Shown here piece after piece: positions 61,620 through 64,000 of a stretch of DNA of 64,000 nucleotides. Position 1 is the stretch's first letter. Each line of letters begins with the position of its first letter. The DNA is from an uncultured Thermoplasmata archaeon (GTDB lineage Archaea > Thermoplasmatota > Thermoplasmata > Halarchaeoplasmatales > Halarchaeoplasmataceae): positions 39,122 through 103,121 of the forward strand of contig CAZHUM010000001.1 of NCBI GenBank assembly GCA_964535805.1. The letters run 5' to 3'. Under the pieces are notes generated by a model. That model was not told the DNA's origin, did not search any database, and saw only the letters and a list, made by a program, of their open reading frames with translations. Both the position numbers and the translations under genes were made by a program.

Positions 61620-64000
61620 TGGGTCTAAGAGAAAGAGCGAAAAAAGTTCTTGAAGAAGAAGAGAAGGCCGGATCTAAAACCGAAGAGATCGAGGAGGAGA
61701 TAGATGAGAAAGAGAAAAGATTGAAGGAACTAGAGGAAGAGATAGATTCCCTCGAAGGTGAAAAAGAAAAGCTAAACAAATCTATCGATGAGTTAAGTGA
61801 AGAAAGGGAAAGTATGGAGAGTAAGGAAGAAAGGGTAAAAGAGCTGGAAGGTGAAATCCAATCGTTAGAAGGAAGGAAGGAAGAGCTGTCAAAGTCTATA
61901 GAGGGGCTAGAAGAGGAAAAAGAGGACGTAAAAGAGAAGAAAGGAGAGATCTCTGAACTAAAAGATGAAATAGCTCAACTTGAAGATAAAAAAGAGGAAC
62001 TCAACACATCCATCTCTGAGTTGGAGGAAGAAAAAGAAGCGCTGAAGGAGGAGAGGGGTAAGATAAGCGAGATGGATGAAGAATTACAGGAATTGGAACA
62101 GAAGAGAGATGAGCTGAAGGAGGAAAAGGAAAAACTATCCGATGAAGTAGAGACCCTAGAAAAAGAGAAAAAGAAATCCGAAGGGGCCAAAAAAGAACTG
62201 GATAAGATCAAAGCAGAGATAGACGAACTACGTAAAGAAAAGAAAGATATCAAACAGAAGAGGGAGGATATAGATAAGAAAGAAGAGAAGGTTGAGAAAG
62301 AAAGAGAAGCACTTGAAAAAGAAAAGGAAGAACTGGAAAAGAGAAAAGAAGTACTTGGAAACTTGGAGGAGAGGAAAAAGGAACTGGATGCAAAGGAAGA
62401 AGAGATTCAGGAAAAGGAAGATGGTTTAAAAGCAACGAAAGAGGAAGTGGGGGAGAAAAAAGAAGAATACGAGAATAGATTGGCCGAGTTGGGGGAGAGG
62501 GAAGAAGAGGTACAGAACATAAAGAGAAGTCTCGACGGAAGAAAGGGTGCCATGACCAGGAAGGAAAACGCCCTGGAAAAGAAAGAGGAGGAGCTGGAAG
62601 AATTAGAAAAAGAATTAGAAGAAAAGAAAAAATTGATGGAAGAGAAAGAAGAGACCCTCAGAGAGGACATTAAGAATGAGTTGTACGAAGAGAAAAGGGA
62701 AGAATTAGAACAATTGGATCAAGATATAGTTGATAAAAAAGAGGAGGCTGAGAAACTTGAATCCAATCTTGAAGAACTGAGAGAAGAGCTCAAGGACTGG
62801 GAGGAGAAAAAAGCAGAGCTAACCGAGGAGAGAGAGAGATTAGAAGAGAAAGAAGACGCCTTGGATGAAAAAGAAGCTGAGATCGGAAGAAGGGAGGTCG
62901 ATGTAGAAGAGAAAGAAGTTCTGATAGAGAAGGCAGAAAAGAAACTAGACGAGCTGTCATCAAAAGAAGAGGAACTTGACGCGTTTCAGGAAGAACTGGA
63001 TCAGAAGGAGGATTCGCTATCCGATAGAGAGCAGGAAATAGAAGCCAAAGAAGATGAACTTGAGAAGAGAGAAAAAAATCTGGACGACAAGCGAGAAGGA
63101 CTGGATGATAAAGAGAGTGAATTCGGTGAAAGAGAGGAAAAGATATCTGAAAAAGAGGATTCCCTAGAGAGTAAAGAAGAGGAATTACAGAAATTCGAGG
63201 AAGATTTAGAGAGCAAAGAAGAAAGTTTGGAGAAAAGAGACTCTGAACTAGGCGATTTGGAGGAAGAGTTGACCGACCTTGAGAAAGGATTAGATGAAAA
63301 ACAAGAAACCCTGGAGTCATTAGAAAATACATTAAAGGATAGGAAGGAGGATCTCGACCAAAGAGAAGAGAAAATCGCTGAAAAAGAGAGTAAGCTCCAG
63401 CAAAAAGATACACGGATGGCCGAGTGGGAGGCCGAAGTAGAGGAGAGGGAAGAAGAACTGGATTCTAGAGATAAAGAACTTGATCGGCTTGAGGAAAGTT
63501 TGAATGAGAAAGAAGAGGAACTTACTGAATTGGAAGATGAACTAGATGCCCGTTCGAACAGACTAGAAGATCTCGAAGGGAACCTTGATGAAGTTCAAGC
63601 AGAACTCGTGGAGAGAGAAGAAAAGATCAAGACGAGGGAGAAGGAACAGGATGAAAGGAAGGAACATCTAGACAGCAGACAAAAACAATTGAACGAGAAA
63701 GAAGAAGAACTGCAGAAACTAGAAGACCAGATACAAACCGAACAAAAAGAGAACGAAGATAAAGAGAAAGAACTCAATGAGAGGAAGGAAAAGCTCAATG
63801 AAAGAGAAAGTGATCTAGATGGAAGAGAAAAGTCTCTCGATGAATGGGAGAACGGGTTAAACGAGAGAGAAAATGAACTAGAAGAGAGGTCTGAAGAGAT
63901 CGGCGTTAAAGAAAATGAGCTTAAAGATCTGGAATCCAGATTGGATAAGAAGGACAATAATTTGAAGGAAAGGAAAGAAAAATTAGATGCTAGGGAAGAT
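61620..64000 (+). CDS. Giant coiled-coil protein (more than 793 aa, 3'-truncated by the window end). It is an extremely regular heptad array of the form (K/R)-E-x-x-L-x-x.
   Basis: ATG 12 nt after the preceding stop. Manual translation shows no stop through position 64000. More than 40 consecutive heptads have a single aliphatic residue (L/I/V/M) at a fixed position. Confidence 0.65.

Noticed and set aside
61975-63957. A series of minus-strand ORFs (61975..62253, 62250..62435, 62407..62670, 62790..63413, 63001..63216, 63595..63957), plus 60746..61303, with S/F/L-rich translations.
   Set aside because: These are antisense artefacts of the GAA/AAG-rich sense strand that encodes the E/K coiled-coil proteins. 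The translations are low-complexity and they overlap a convincing plus-strand reading frame.
61620-64000. Purine-rich repetitive DNA that might be a microsatellite or CRISPR-like repeat array.
   Set aside because: The periodicity is 21 nt and in frame, with no repeat-spacer architecture and no conserved identical repeat units. It is a coding heptad repeat.

Overview
This is an archaeal chromosomal window, about 45% GC by eye, with K/E/I-rich proteins that suggest a thermophile. A stand-alone 23S rRNA gene has its own TATA promoter and long-range processing stem, with no 16S or 5S nearby, so the rRNA genes are unlinked as in Thermoplasmata, DHVE2 and some DPANN (lineage guess, low confidence). 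Coding density is high. Gene content, 5' to 3':

- **1–1,650:** small membrane proteins, then an HD hydrolase and a NUDIX hydrolase.
- **1,766–3,326:** a receiver-domain protein convergent with a Ras-like small GTPase.
- **3.4–10.2 kb:** a minus-strand run of nitroreductase, korAB (2-oxoacid:ferredoxin oxidoreductase), ferritin, rubrerythrin, desulfoferrodoxin, peroxiredoxin, 1Fe-SOR, Bcp, an unannotated 54-aa rubredoxin and an erythrin-like protein.
- **10.4–17.3 kb:** Lrp, SfsA, pirin, a VOC-nitroreductase fusion, Ogg, a DUF255 thioredoxin-domain protein, a GAF protein, an AhpD-like protein and thioredoxin.
- **17.4–21.4 kb:** an ABC-2 transporter, then Fic-HTH with an Arch_ATPase/DUF234 ATPase.
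- **21.7–26.7 kb:** ValRS, a small zinc finger, an aminotransferase and an aIF-2B-family protein.
- **26.9–31.6 kb:** the DNA polymerase D large subunit (DP2), interrupted by a 494-aa LAGLIDADG intein that ends in Gln rather than Asn.
- **31.6–34.3 kb:** FEN-1 in an operon with an active and a degenerate KaiC-like ATPase.
- **34.6–37.5 kb:** the 23S rRNA.
- **37.6–39.3 kb:** a DUF457 membrane protein and TrpRS.
- **39.3–58.5 kb:** a surface-glycan island anchored by a 2,151-aa AglB (STT3 oligosaccharyltransferase core fused to about 1,100 aa of tandem beta-sandwich repeats and a C-terminal anchor). Around it sit WecB, a GT4-like protein, a sulfatase-fold protein, a 1,023-aa sequon-rich secreted beta-helix protein, a Wzx-like flippase, DUF354, a sulfotransferase, a FemAB-like protein and a deacetylase.
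- **58.6–64.0 kb:** a YqaA-like membrane protein, a GDT1 transporter, a second NUDIX hydrolase, a double-zinc-ribbon coiled-coil protein, and a giant heptad-perfect coiled-coil gene (more than 790 aa) that runs off the window.

No CRISPR array, tRNA or transposase was found.
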